From NCBI GenBank assembly GCA_965215505.1, contig OZ244065.1:928001-992000 (forward strand): 64,000 bases of DNA. The letters run 5' to 3'. This DNA comes from Capsulimonadaceae bacterium (lineage in GTDB: Bacteria > Armatimonadota > Armatimonadia > Armatimonadales > Capsulimonadaceae). The notes below the pieces were generated by a model that saw only the letters and a list, made by a program, of their open reading frames with translations, did not search any database and was not told the origin of the DNA. Every line of letters starts with the position of its first letter. The stretch's first letter is position 1. This document shows, piece after piece, positions 49,836 to 59,083 of the stretch. The position numbers and the translations under genes are program-made.

Positions 49836-51087
49836 GGACCACACCCACGGGGGCCGGGGCCAGGCCGGGGAAGATCGCCCCGGCGTTCGGGTTCTGGAGG
49901 CGGTGCGTGATGACCTCCGCCAGCACGGCCCGGTAGTCGGTCGTCACCTTGAGGTCCCCCGGCCCGTCAAGCTGTCCGGGGGCGAGGCCGGGCCACTTCC
50001 CGTGGACCTTCCCGCCCACGACATGACCGCCCAGAACGAGCATGACGCCCGCCCGGCCGTGGTCGGTGCCCAGGCCGCTGTTCTCCGCCACGCGCCGCCC
50101 GAACTCGGACATGACCACGACCGTCGTCCGCCCCCAGCGCGCCGGCCCCAGATCGGCGGCGAAGGCGGCCAGCGCCCCCGCCAGGCTTTGCAGCCTGCCC
50201 GCCAGGACGCCCTGTGAGGTCCCCTGCACGACATGGGTGTCATAGCCGCCGTGGTCCAGGCAGGCCGCCTCCAGCCCGACTTCGCTCTTCATCAGCAGGG
50301 CGACCTGACGCAGCCCTTCCCCCAGGTCGTCTTTGGGGTAGCCGCTCCTGGCGGGCGAGAGCATGGCGGGCGGCAGTCCGTTCAGGGTCTTCAGCACCGA
50401 CAGCGCCTCCGAGCCGGCTTCGGCCAGGGCGTCTTTAGAATACAGGCCCGCTAGGGTCTGCTCGAAGCGGTCCGCTCCGCCGTGGAACGGCGATTGGAGC
50501 CGCAGGTCGCCGACGCTTTCCAGCGAGGTGGCTTGGCTCGCCCCACGCAATGACTGCGGCAGGAGGCTCCCCAAGGCGACCGCGCGCAGCGGGGAAGGGT
50601 TCACCCAGGGCGCGGTTTCCAGGTGCCGCGCCAGCCAGCCCGAGGCAGGCCCGGTGTCCCGCGCGACGCCGCGCTCCATGGTCGCCATCGCTTCAAAGTG
50701 CGAGAGCGTCTGGTCGTCCGAGCCGCAGGCGTGGATCATCGCCATCTGCCCCGCCGCGTGCAGGGGCATCAGGGCCGCGAGGGCCGGGTGCAGGCCGAAA
50801 TAGCCGTCAATGTCCAGAACCCGGTCCTGCGGTTTGGTCTTTGCGTCCCCAGGCCGCGCCAAAGCCAGCACGGGCCGGTTGCGGTAGTAGTCGTCATCCC
50901 CGTGCGGGACGATGACGCTCAGGCCGTCCACGCCGCCGCGCAGGAAGATCGAGACCAGCGTGTCGCCGCCCGCCCCCTGGCGCCGCGAGCGGACCGTGAC
51001 GCCGGCCAGCGCGCTGCGCCGCCCCGCCGCCCAGCCCAGGGCGGAAAGCGCGCCCAAGGCGAATAATCCTCGTCGTGTCGTTTGCAT
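49828..51087 (-). CDS. DUF1501 domain protein with Tat-like leader
   Basis: TRRGLF, FLRGGVDGL, GLHPAL, SHFEAM, GGYDTH, SEFGRR, GTDHG, TTDYR. Confidence 0.9.
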   Translation of the reverse strand: MQTTRRGLFALGALSALGWAAGRRSALAGVTVRSRRQGAGGDTLVSIFLRGGVDGLSVIVPHGDDDYYRNRPVLALARPGDAKTKPQDRVLDIDGYFGLHPALAALMPLHAAGQMAMIHACGSDDQTLSHFEAMATMERGVARDTGPASGWLARHLETAPWVNPSPLRAVALGSLLPQSLRGASQATSLESVGDLRLQSPFHGGADRFEQTLAGLYSKDALAEAGSEALSVLKTLNGLPPAMLSPARSGYPKDDLGEGLRQVALLMKSEVGLEAACLDHGGYDTHVVQGTSQGVLAGRLQSLAGALAAFAADLGPARWGRTTVVVMSEFGRRVAENSGLGTDHGRAGVMLVLGGHVVGGKVHGKWPGLAPGQLDGPGDLKVTTDYRAVLAEVITHRLQNPNAGAIFPGLAPAPVGVVHA

Positions 51088-51090
51088 ATT

Positions 51091-51275
51091 TGATCCTCTC
51101 CCCGGCGCAAGCGCCGACCCTCCCCTCGGAGGGAAGGGTGGGTGAAAGGTGCCAAGGCACCTCCTGTCATAGACCTTGCCGTGACTGGGTGGCCACCTAA
51201 TAAGACGACCCTACCTTCCGCCACCCACCCTTCCCTCCGAGGGAGGGGTCGCGACTTGTCGCGGGGGTAGGATCA
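51091..51275. repeat. Palindromic doublet related to family B, inside the DUF1800-DUF1501 operon
   Basis: Near-perfect inverted arms GACCCTCCCCTCGGAGGGAAGGGTGGGTG and CACCCACCCTTCCCTCCGAGGGGAGGGGTC, with TGATCCT/AGGATCA ends. Confidence 0.8.
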
Positions 51276-52736
51276 TCGCCACTGGAACGCGGGTGCCATC
51301 AGGACAACGGCAGCCCACTCACTCGGGTCTGAATAGGCGGGCGCACAGGCGCGCAGATCGGCCAGTGCAGGGTCGGACGCGCGGGCGCCGAAGGCCAGCT
51401 CCAGCAGCGTGTCCTGCGCGCCAAGTCCTGCCTTGCCGCCCGCCGCCGTGAGCGCCGCCGTGTCCAAAGCCGTGTTTTCCACCTTCCCTCCGGCCAGGGC
51501 CAGCGCGAAGTTCCAGCGCGGGATCAAAGCCCCCGTCCAGGCCCGCGTCCCTTCCGGGAAGCCGTCCGGCATCGGCCAGGCGAACAGCGGCTGCCCCATC
51601 GCCTCCAGGTGCTTCTGCACGCCCGCCCCGCCGTCCGTGTCCACGTTGAAGGCGCGCAGGGCGCTGACGGCGTAGTCGAAGGGCCGCTTCAGGATCGGCG
51701 GCGCACCGAGCAGTTCGGGCGATAGCAGCAAGGGCCGTAGGACGGCCTTGATGTCCCCGCCGGTCCGGGTGTAAACGTCCGCCAGGTGGCCGACCAGACC
51801 TTCCGGGGCGCTCCCGATGAAGTGCAGGCACAGCTTTCGCGCCAGATGCCGCGCCGTCGCGGGGTGGGCGGCGACGATGTCCAGGACGCGCTCGCCGTCG
51901 CTCACCCCGCCCCCGGCGGGGATGGTGACGCCCAGGACGTGCTTGACGCCGTCATCGTGGGCGTCTTTGTCGAGCCGGAACCGGCCCCGGTGCCAGTTCT
52001 TCTCGACGGTCCAGCCGGTGAGGCAGCGCGCGACCTCTTTCACGTCCCGCTGCGTGTAGCCGCCGTGGACGCCCAATGTGTGCAGCTCCATCAGCTCGCG
52101 GGCGTAGTTCTCATTCGGGACGCCCTTGCGGTTGGCCGTGTTGTCCAAATAGCCGAGCATGGCCGCCGAGCGGGCGGACGCTCCCAGCAGGTCCCGGAAC
52201 TTCCCCAGGACGTGTGCGCGGATCGTCTCGCCGTCGTCCACGACTTTGAAGTTCGGCCCCTGGCCCTTGAAAACATAGATGTTGAAATGGTTCGTCCAGA
52301 ACTCGACCATCCGCTCCTGCAACTGCTGGCGGCTGTAGACCGCCCGCAGGGTGGCCGACTGGCGCAGGGCGGCGACCAGCCGCTTGTCGTCCTCGTCGAA
52401 CAGCAGGCCCGTGTCGGGGTTCAGAACGTCCGCGATCGTGCCGAGCCGCCAGGTCAGCACCGGCTCTTCGGCCAGCGCGGCGGGCGCGAGCTGCTCCTCC
52501 ACATAGGCCGCCGCCCCGATGCGGGCGACGCGCGCCACGTCGCCGGGGCGCGGGCCGTAGGCCACCCGGTTCAGGAGGCGCATGGCCGGCGACTGCACCG
52601 GCAGGGCGGGCGGCAGGGCGTCGGCGGGCAGGGCTTCTTTAGTGAACCGCTGTTCCAGGCTCTCGCACCCGGACAGCAGACCGGCGGCGGCTGAGACAGC
52701 GCCTAGCCCTAGTATTTTACGGCGCGTCGTTCTCAT
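51273..52736 (-). CDS. DUF1800 domain protein, predicted Tat lipoprotein
   Basis: TRRKIL...LSGC lipobox, LQERMVEFWTNHF, NENYARELMELHTLG, YTQRDV, HPATARHLARKL. Confidence 0.9.
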   Translation of the reverse strand: MRTTRRKILGLGAVSAAAGLLSGCESLEQRFTKEALPADALPPALPVQSPAMRLLNRVAYGPRPGDVARVARIGAAAYVEEQLAPAALAEEPVLTWRLGTIADVLNPDTGLLFDEDDKRLVAALRQSATLRAVYSRQQLQERMVEFWTNHFNIYVFKGQGPNFKVVDDGETIRAHVLGKFRDLLGASARSAAMLGYLDNTANRKGVPNENYARELMELHTLGVHGGYTQRDVKEVARCLTGWTVEKNWHRGRFRLDKDAHDDGVKHVLGVTIPAGGGVSDGERVLDIVAAHPATARHLARKLCLHFIGSAPEGLVGHLADVYTRTGGDIKAVLRPLLLSPELLGAPPILKRPFDYAVSALRAFNVDTDGGAGVQKHLEAMGQPLFAWPMPDGFPEGTRAWTGALIPRWNFALALAGGKVENTALDTAALTAAGGKAGLGAQDTLLELAFGARASDPALADLRACAPAYSDPSEWAAVVLMAPAFQWR

Positions 52737-53275
52737 GCCGCCGTCTCCAGTGTTTCCAGGGCGGGCGACGGCACGGGCCGCGCGGGCTGGACCTGCGGTT
52801 TAGCCCCGAACAGCACGGCGACGCCGCTGCCGACGGACAGCAGCAGGGCGGCGGGCAGGATGACGCCCCACCCGATGACCGGCAGGAAGCCCGCCGCGAC
52901 GTATAGCACCGAGGCGCGCGTCAGGCTGGCGAACGGCGTCATCGGCGAGCCGAGGGCGTCGATCCGCGCGCTGAGGAGCCGCACGGCGGCGGCGCTGCCG
53001 ACCGAAGCGATCACCCCCAGGCCGCCCAGGACGAGCAGCGCCAGCAGCCGCGCCGGGCCTGCCGCCGCTTTCGACAGGGCGATGGCAAGCACCGCGCCGA
53101 CCAGCAGAACCACAAACCCGCGCGCCAGGCAGGCGCCCGGCCCCGCCGTCAGCTTCGCCTGCGCCGCCGCCACCCGCGCTGGGAAGGCCAGCGCGATCAT
53201 CAAGATCGTCGCCGCCCACGACGCGCCGACGAGCAGGACGGCGGCGATCACCGCCAGTATGTCTCCAATGGTCAT
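52733..53275 (-). CDS. Multi-TM membrane protein, first gene of the ECF operon
   Basis: About 4-5 TM helices. C-terminal LPVIGW resembles 48158-48670. Confidence 0.75.
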   Translation of the reverse strand: MTIGDILAVIAAVLLVGASWAATILMIALAFPARVAAAQAKLTAGPGACLARGFVVLLVGAVLAIALSKAAAGPARLLALLVLGGLGVIASVGSAAAVRLLSARIDALGSPMTPFASLTRASVLYVAAGFLPVIGWGVILPAALLLSVGSGVAVLFGAKPQVQPARPVPSPALETLETAA

Positions 53276-53314
53276 TGCCTTGGTTCCCTCATTCCCCTGA
53301 GCATTCAGCAGTGT

Positions 53315-53340
53315 TACGCCGGTCACGCTGAAATGTTTCA
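53315..53340 (-). promoter_or_regulatory. ECF promoter matching the SigW consensus
   Basis: TGAAAC-atttcagcgtgaccgg (16 nt)-CGTA, 40 nt upstream of the operon's first ATG. Confidence 0.75.
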
Positions 53341-53388
53341 GCCGGGGCTGACGGAACTTAACGCCGCCCTTTTCCGGTTACTAGGGTT

Positions 53389-53880
53389 ATGAACAACGCT
53401 TTCAAGATGCTGACAGCCCTGTGCCTCGCGGCACCCGCCCTGCTCCAACCCGCACACGCCCAGTTCGGCGGCCCGAAGGTGGCGACGGTGACTGCCGCCG
53501 CCAAGCCCGCGACGGTCGCGCCCGGCGGCCGGGGCGTCCTGGTGGTGACGGTGGCCGTCGGCCCGCAATACCACATTAACGCCCATGTGCCCAATGATCC
53601 CAACTACATCGCGACGGTGTTCGCGGGCGAGAAGACGCCCGGCATCGTCTACGGCACGCCGGTCTACCCCGCGCCCAAGGCCATGAAGCTGTCCTATGCG
53701 GCCAAGCCGCTGCTGGTCTACACCGGCAGGATCGTCGTCGCCGTCCCTTACACCGTGGCGAAGACCGCCAAACCCGGCAAGATGGGACTGGCCGGCGCGC
53801 TGTCCTTCCAGGGCTGTGACGCCAAATCCTGCTACCCTCCCGCCTCGGCCCAGGTGCGGGCGGCGGTGACGGTCAAGTGA
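53389..53880 (+). CDS. Secreted stand-alone DsbD N-terminal (Ig-like) domain protein
   Basis: Signal peptide ending AHA-Q, YHINAH, YTG, FQGCDAKSCYPP. Confidence 0.85.
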   Translation: MNNAFKMLTALCLAAPALLQPAHAQFGGPKVATVTAAAKPATVAPGGRGVLVVTVAVGPQYHINAHVPNDPNYIATVFAGEKTPGIVYGTPVYPAPKAMKLSYAAKPLLVYTGRIVVAVPYTVAKTAKPGKMGLAGALSFQGCDAKSCYPPASAQVRAAVTVK

Positions 53881-53925
53881 GGACGGTCAAGTAGAGAGTG
53901 CCCAGGCGTGTGGTAAACTGAGGTC

Positions 53926-56900
53926 ATGGACACGCAACCCCTACAGTGGCGAATCGAGATGCTGGGCGGCCTGCGCGCCCGCAGCGCCGGTCGCGTGGTC
54001 GAGCGGTTCCAGACGCAGAAGACGGGGGCGCTGCTGGCGTTCCTCGCCTGCCATCCCGACCGCCGCCATTCGCGCGAGGAACTGGTAGACCTCCTGTGGC
54101 CCGACGCCGAGATCGGGCCGGGGCGCAACCGGCTGTCGCAGGCTGTCGGCTGGCTGCGGTCCCGGTTCGAGCCGGACGGGGCCGCACCCGGAAGCGTCCT
54201 CTTGGCCGACCGGCAGAGCGTGGGCCTGAGCCGGGAACTCGTCATGACCGACGTGGCCGAGTTCGAGGCGGCCCTGTCCGCCGCTGAGGGGGGCGGGGCG
54301 GCCGAGGTCCCGTCGCTCCAGCGCGCCCTCGCCCTTTATCGGGGCGAGCTTCTGCCGGGCCACTACGACGCCTGGGTCCTCGCCGAGCGCGCGCGCCTCC
54401 TCGGCCTGTACCTCTCCGGGCTGCGCCGCCTGGCCGCGCACCACGAGCATGAGCGGGACTGGGACGCGGCCCTCACCTGTGCGCGCCGGGCGGTGGCCGC
54501 CGACCCGCTGGCCGAAGAGCTGCACTGCGACCTGATACGGCTGCTGGCGGCGGGCGGGCAGCCCGGCGCCGCCCGCCGGCAGTTCCGCGAGCTGGAACGC
54601 CTCCTGGCCGAAGAGCTGGACGAACCCCCCTCCGCCGCGGCCCGCGCCCTCCGGGACCGGATTCAGCAGGACGGGCAGGTCCGGCAGGACTCGCCTTCGC
54701 CCCCCATGCCCGGCAAGGCCCCGCGCCCGCCCCTGCCGTCGCCCCTGACGCGCTTCTTCGGGCGGGACGCCGAGGTCGCCCGGACCATGGCGCTGGTGCA
54801 GACCGAGGGGGTGCGGCTGGTGACCCTGACCGGGACCGGCGGGGCGGGCAAGACGCGCCTCGCCATCGAGGCCGCGACGCGCCTCGCGGACTCCTACCGG
54901 GGATGCCTCTGGTTCGTTCCGCTGGCAGACCTCAGCGACGCCCGCCTCCTCCCGAACGCGCTGGCCGACGTCCTGCGCCTCCCCCAGACCGGCCCGGACC
55001 CCCTTCTGGAGACGGTCGCGGGCAGCCTCGCGCGCCGCCCGTCCCTGCTCGTCCTGGACAACTTCGAACACCTGCGGGACGGGGCCGCCCCCCTCCTGCG
55101 GGACCTGCTGGCGTGGGCGCCGACGCTGACGGTGCTGGTGACGTCCCGGCATCGCCTGGGCCTGGAGGGCGAGCAGGAGCTTTCGGTGCCGCCCCTGTCC
55201 CTCCCCCCCCGAAGCCCCCTGACGGGATCGGACCAGGCCGGCGCGGAGGCGGTGATGCGCGTGGACAGCGTGTGCCTGTTCGTGGACCGGGCGCGGGCGG
55301 TGCGCCCGGACTTCGCGGTCACGCCGGGCAACGCGGACGCCGTGGCCGACCTGTGCCGGCGGCTGGAGGGCCTGCCGCTGGCCCTGGAGCTGTGCGCGGC
55401 CTGGGCGCAGACGCTGACGCCCGCGCAGATGCTCTCCCAGCTCACGCACCGCTTCGACCTGCTGGTGAGCCGCCGGGCGGACATCGCCCCGCGCCACCGG
55501 AGCCTGCGGGCCGCTCTGGAATACAGTTACCTGCTGCTGCCCCCGAGCCTCCAGGAATTCTTCATCCAGGTTTCGGTCTTCCGGGGGGGCTGGACACTGG
55601 AGGCCGCCGAGGCCGTGTGCCTGGGCGGCACGCCCGGCGGTCAGGCATTGGCGGCCCTGACGAGCCTCACCGAGCTGCGCGAGCGCTCGCTCCTGATCGT
55701 GGAGGGCGGGGCGGAACCGGGGCAGGACTCCGGGATGCGTTACCGAATGCTGGAGGCACTGCGCGAGTTCGCCGCCGAGCAGCGGACGCTGGCGGAGGAG
55801 CCGGGACTCAGGCGGCATCACGCGGCCTACTTCCTCCGACTGGCGGAGGACGCCGGGGCGCACCTGAGCGGACCCCGGCAGGCCCTCTGGCTCGCCCGCC
55901 TGGAGGCCGAGCATGACAACCTGCGCGCGGCGCTGGGCTGGTCCGTGGAATCCCAGGACGCCGGGACGGGGCTGCGCCTGGCGGTCACGCTCTCTAAGTT
56001 CTGGGAGATGCGCGGGTACTTCCGGGAGGCGCGGCAGTGGCTGGAGCGGCTGCTCCCCCTCGCGCCCGAGCCGGGGCCGGGCGGGGCTGGACCGGGCGGG
56101 GCCGGGAATCGCCTTTGGGCGCAGACACTGACCGCCTACGCGAACGCCCTCGAGGGACTGACCGATTTCGCCGCCGCCGAGGCCCAGGCCGGGAAGGCGC
56201 TGGCGGTGTGGCGAAACCTGGGGGATGCGTCCGGCATGGCCTCCACCCTCGCACTGCTGGGATCGATCGCCATGATGCACGAGGATTACGGCCCGGCGGT
56301 CCGGCTCCTCCAGGAAGCGCGGGGCCTCGCGCGTGACGCCGGCGATGAGAGGATGGCCGCCGGCGCGGTCCACAATCTCGGCCGGATCGCCCTCGCGCGG
56401 CAGGACTGGTCCGAAGCCTCGGACGCCCTCGCGGAAAGTCTGGAGGCGCACCGCGCGCTCGGCGACCGGAACAAGGCCGCCGCCGCCCGGAACAACCTCG
56501 GCCTGGTGGCGCGCTACCGCGGCGACCTGGGGGCGGCCCGCGCCCTGCTCCATCAGGCGTTGGCGGAGCATCGGGAACTCGGCGACCGTCCGAGGACGGC
56601 GATCTCACTGCTCAACATCGGGACGGTGGAGCGCATCGCCCGGCGCGGCGATGAGGCGGCGTCCGCACTGACACAGGCGACCGCGCTGGCGCTGGAGATC
56701 GACGACCGGCGTGTCCAGACTTGGTGCGTCAAGGAAACCGGACACCTGATGTGCGCCGAGCGCCGCTGGGCGACCGGGGTACGCCTCCTGTCGGCCTCGG
56801 AGGGCCTGCGCCGGACGCTGGGAATGTCGTTCAGCCCTGCCGATCCGGGGGAACTATCCCGCGACGTGTCTTTAGCACGGTCCGCGCTCGGCGACACCGG

Positions 56901-57015
56901 GTTCGAAGCCGCCTGGCAGGCGGGATGCGGCTGGGACATCCGGCAGGCGTGCGCCCAGGCGACGCAGGCCGTCGAAGGCTCCGATCAGGCACCCTTCTCA
57001 GGGCATGGGATCTAG
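53926..57015 (+). CDS. SARP/AfsR-type regulator (wHTH-BTAD-P-loop NTPase-TPR)
   Basis: ALLAFLA, DVAEFE, LYRGELL, DPLAEELH, GTGGAGKTRLA, VLDNFEH, LEGLPLALEL, TPR-like repeats. Confidence 0.9.
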   Translation: MDTQPLQWRIEMLGGLRARSAGRVVERFQTQKTGALLAFLACHPDRRHSREELVDLLWPDAEIGPGRNRLSQAVGWLRSRFEPDGAAPGSVLLADRQSVGLSRELVMTDVAEFEAALSAAEGGGAAEVPSLQRALALYRGELLPGHYDAWVLAERARLLGLYLSGLRRLAAHHEHERDWDAALTCARRAVAADPLAEELHCDLIRLLAAGGQPGAARRQFRELERLLAEELDEPPSAAARALRDRIQQDGQVRQDSPSPPMPGKAPRPPLPSPLTRFFGRDAEVARTMALVQTEGVRLVTLTGTGGAGKTRLAIEAATRLADSYRGCLWFVPLADLSDARLLPNALADVLRLPQTGPDPLLETVAGSLARRPSLLVLDNFEHLRDGAAPLLRDLLAWAPTLTVLVTSRHRLGLEGEQELSVPPLSLPPRSPLTGSDQAGAEAVMRVDSVCLFVDRARAVRPDFAVTPGNADAVADLCRRLEGLPLALELCAAWAQTLTPAQMLSQLTHRFDLLVSRRADIAPRHRSLRAALEYSYLLLPPSLQEFFIQVSVFRGGWTLEAAEAVCLGGTPGGQALAALTSLTELRERSLLIVEGGAEPGQDSGMRYRMLEALREFAAEQRTLAEEPGLRRHHAAYFLRLAEDAGAHLSGPRQALWLARLEAEHDNLRAALGWSVESQDAGTGLRLAVTLSKFWEMRGYFREARQWLERLLPLAPEPGPGGAGPGGAGNRLWAQTLTAYANALEGLTDFAAAEAQAGKALAVWRNLGDASGMASTLALLGSIAMMHEDYGPAVRLLQEARGLARDAGDERMAAGAVHNLGRIALARQDWSEASDALAESLEAHRALGDRNKAAAARNNLGLVARYRGDLGAARALLHQALAEHRELGDRPRTAISLLNIGTVERIARRGDEAASALTQATALALEIDDRRVQTWCVKETGHLMCAERRWATGVRLLSASEGLRRTLGMSFSPADPGELSRDVSLARSALGDTGFEAAWQAGCGWDIRQACAQATQAVEGSDQAPFSGHGI

Positions 57016-57183
57016 TGGACGACGAAAATACTCCGATGAACGCCTGAAGTTCAGGGTTTTTAAAGAGTTTTCCGGCGACGATTTGGGCGTTCTTTGGGAG
57101 TCACGGAGTAGAATGGGGCCATCACGCTAATTCGACCCCGTCGCCATTGCTGCCGACGACGTTTTTTCGCAAGGAGAATGTTC

Positions 57184-58038
57184 ATGTCACAGCACAGAGC
57201 GCGCGGCTCCCGCCAAGCCTTCACCCTGATCGAGCTGCTCGTCGTCATCGCCATCATCGCGATTCTCGCCGCCATTCTCTTCCCGGTTTTCGCCACCGTC
57301 CGGGAACGGGCGCGGCAGACCTCCTGCTCCAGTAACCTCAAGCAGATGGGCCTGGCGGCCCTGATGTATGTCCAGGATGCGGACGAGAACTACCCGCCCA
57401 CCTCCTACAGCACCCCCTCGGGCTACGCCTACTCCAACACGCACTACTGGTTCTTCGGCCTGATCTTGCAGAGCAGCGCGGCCGCCAAGCTGATCGCCGC
57501 CGAAGGGAGCCTCCAGCCCTACCTGAAGAGTAAAGGGGTGCAGACCTGCCCGGACGCGAACAACATCACCCCAAGCACCGGCGGCGCCCCCTTCACCATC
57601 GATCCCGGTGACGCCCCGCTCGGCTACGACTCGAACGCCCTGATCGGCGGCGGCCTGGTCCAATCGAATTCGCCGTATACGGTCTATGGCCCATTCCCGA
57701 ACATGGCCTCCTGGTCCGACCCTTCGGAAAGCGTCTTGATGGCGGACGCGGGCGGGACCTCGTCTTCTTTTAATGGAATCACCCCGCCGCGCAACCTGAC
57801 GACCGGCAAAGTCTACAAGTACCCGCAGATGGCGGGGCGACACCCCAACCTCTCCGCGAACGTCGTGTTCCAGGACGGACACGCCAAATCGATGCGGTTG
57901 AGCCAGACCGGCCTCGGCGCCTCCTATGTCGCCCAGAACCTCGGGCACCTCCTCGGCCCCAACGTCGGCGATGCGTCCCAGCCCGGCGCGAACTTCTACT
58001 TTGTCCCCGACAAGACCCCCGGCAACCCGGCGCTCTGA
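57184..58038 (+). CDS. Prepilin-type N-terminal cleavage/methylation protein (DUF1559, H-X9-DG C-terminus)
   Basis: [55 protein letters not shown]. Confidence 0.93.
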   Translation: MSQHRARGSRQAFTLIELLVVIAIIAILAAILFPVFATVRERARQTSCSSNLKQMGLAALMYVQDADENYPPTSYSTPSGYAYSNTHYWFFGLILQSSAAAKLIAAEGSLQPYLKSKGVQTCPDANNITPSTGGAPFTIDPGDAPLGYDSNALIGGGLVQSNSPYTVYGPFPNMASWSDPSESVLMADAGGTSSSFNGITPPRNLTTGKVYKYPQMAGRHPNLSANVVFQDGHAKSMRLSQTGLGASYVAQNLGHLLGPNVGDASQPGANFYFVPDKTPGNPAL

Positions 58039-58092
58039 GGGGAGACGCCGCTCACCATGGAAGACCATGTGAAACCCTTATGAAAGACTCCG

Positions 58093-58308
58093 ATGAAAGT
58101 CACCTACGATCTGAGCGGGGACAAACTGCGTATCCTGTTCCGCAATGCCCCGATCTCCGAGACGGAGAGCCACCGCTCGGGCCTGATCCTCGACTACGAC
58201 CAGCAGGGCCGGATCGTCGGCCTGGAGCTGGCGGACGCCTCCGAACACATGTCGCGCCCGCACACGATGGACTTCGCCGAACACCCGGCCGCGCCGGCCG
58301 AGGACTAG
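58093..58308 (+). CDS. DUF2283 domain protein
   Basis: MKVTYD...ILDYDQQGRIVGLELADAS. Confidence 0.8.
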   Translation: MKVTYDLSGDKLRILFRNAPISETESHRSGLILDYDQQGRIVGLELADASEHMSRPHTMDFAEHPAAPAED

Positions 58309-58337
58309 ACATGAAACGAACGACGGGCGAGCCCGGC

Positions 58338-59063
58338 ATGAAGGCCATCGGCCTGATCGGCGGCATGAGCTGGGAAAGCACCGCCATCTACTACCAGCAG
58401 ATCAACCGCCTAGCGGCCTCCCGGCGGGGCGGCCTCCGTTCCGCCCCGATTCGCCTGCACTCGTTCGACTTCGCCGCCATCGTCACGCTTCAGCAGCAGG
58501 GCGAGTGGGAGATGCTCGCTTCCCATCTGGCCGAGGCCGCGCGCGGGCTGGAACGGGCCGGGGCCGGGTGCGTGGCGATCTGCACCAACACGATGCACAA
58601 GGTCGCCGCCGAGGTGCAGGCGGCGGTCGGCATCCCCCTGATAGACATCCGCGATGTGGTCGGCGCGGAGGCCCGCCGGCGCGGGATGCGCCGGGTCGGC
58701 CTGCTGGGGACGCGCTACACGATGGAGCAGGACTTCTTCCGCGCCCACCTGGGCCGGGAGTGGGGCCTGGAGGTCCTCGTCCCGCCGCCGCACGAGATAG
58801 ACTCCGTCCACTCGGTCATCTTCGGCGAGCTGTGCCGGGGGGTCGTCCGCGCCGAGAGCCGGGCGCACCTCACCGGCCTCATCGGGCAGATGGCGGCGGG
58901 CGGGGCCGAGGGCGTCATCCTGGGCTGTACGGAGCTGATGCTGCTCTTGTGCCAGGGCGACAGCCCCCTGCCCCTGCTCGACACGACGACGCTGCACGCG
59001 CAGGCGCTCGTAGACTTTGCGGACGGCGCGGCCTCGGGGCCGCTCGGAGCCTGTCCCGCTTGA
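58338..59063 (+). CDS. Aspartate/glutamate racemase family protein
   Basis: IGLIGGMSWEST, ICTNTMH, LLGTRYTME, ILGCTE. Alternative ATG at 58311. Confidence 0.92.
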   Translation: MKAIGLIGGMSWESTAIYYQQINRLAASRRGGLRSAPIRLHSFDFAAIVTLQQQGEWEMLASHLAEAARGLERAGAGCVAICTNTMHKVAAEVQAAVGIPLIDIRDVVGAEARRRGMRRVGLLGTRYTMEQDFFRAHLGREWGLEVLVPPPHEIDSVHSVIFGELCRGVVRAESRAHLTGLIGQMAAGGAEGVILGCTELMLLLCQGDSPLPLLDTTTLHAQALVDFADGAASGPLGACPA

Positions 59064-59083
59064 CACACGAAAGGTCGAACACC

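Noticed and set aside
53941-56571. Long antisense ORFs (876 aa here; also 60789-62726, 32694-34421, 45421-47103 and others)
   Set aside because: They are shadow ORFs opposite well-supported genes, expected at high GC, with no recognisable motifs.
53926-57015. Avs-type antiviral STAND defence protein
   Set aside because: The N-terminus is wHTH-BTAD, typical of AfsR/SARP transcription regulators, with no nuclease or other effector domain.
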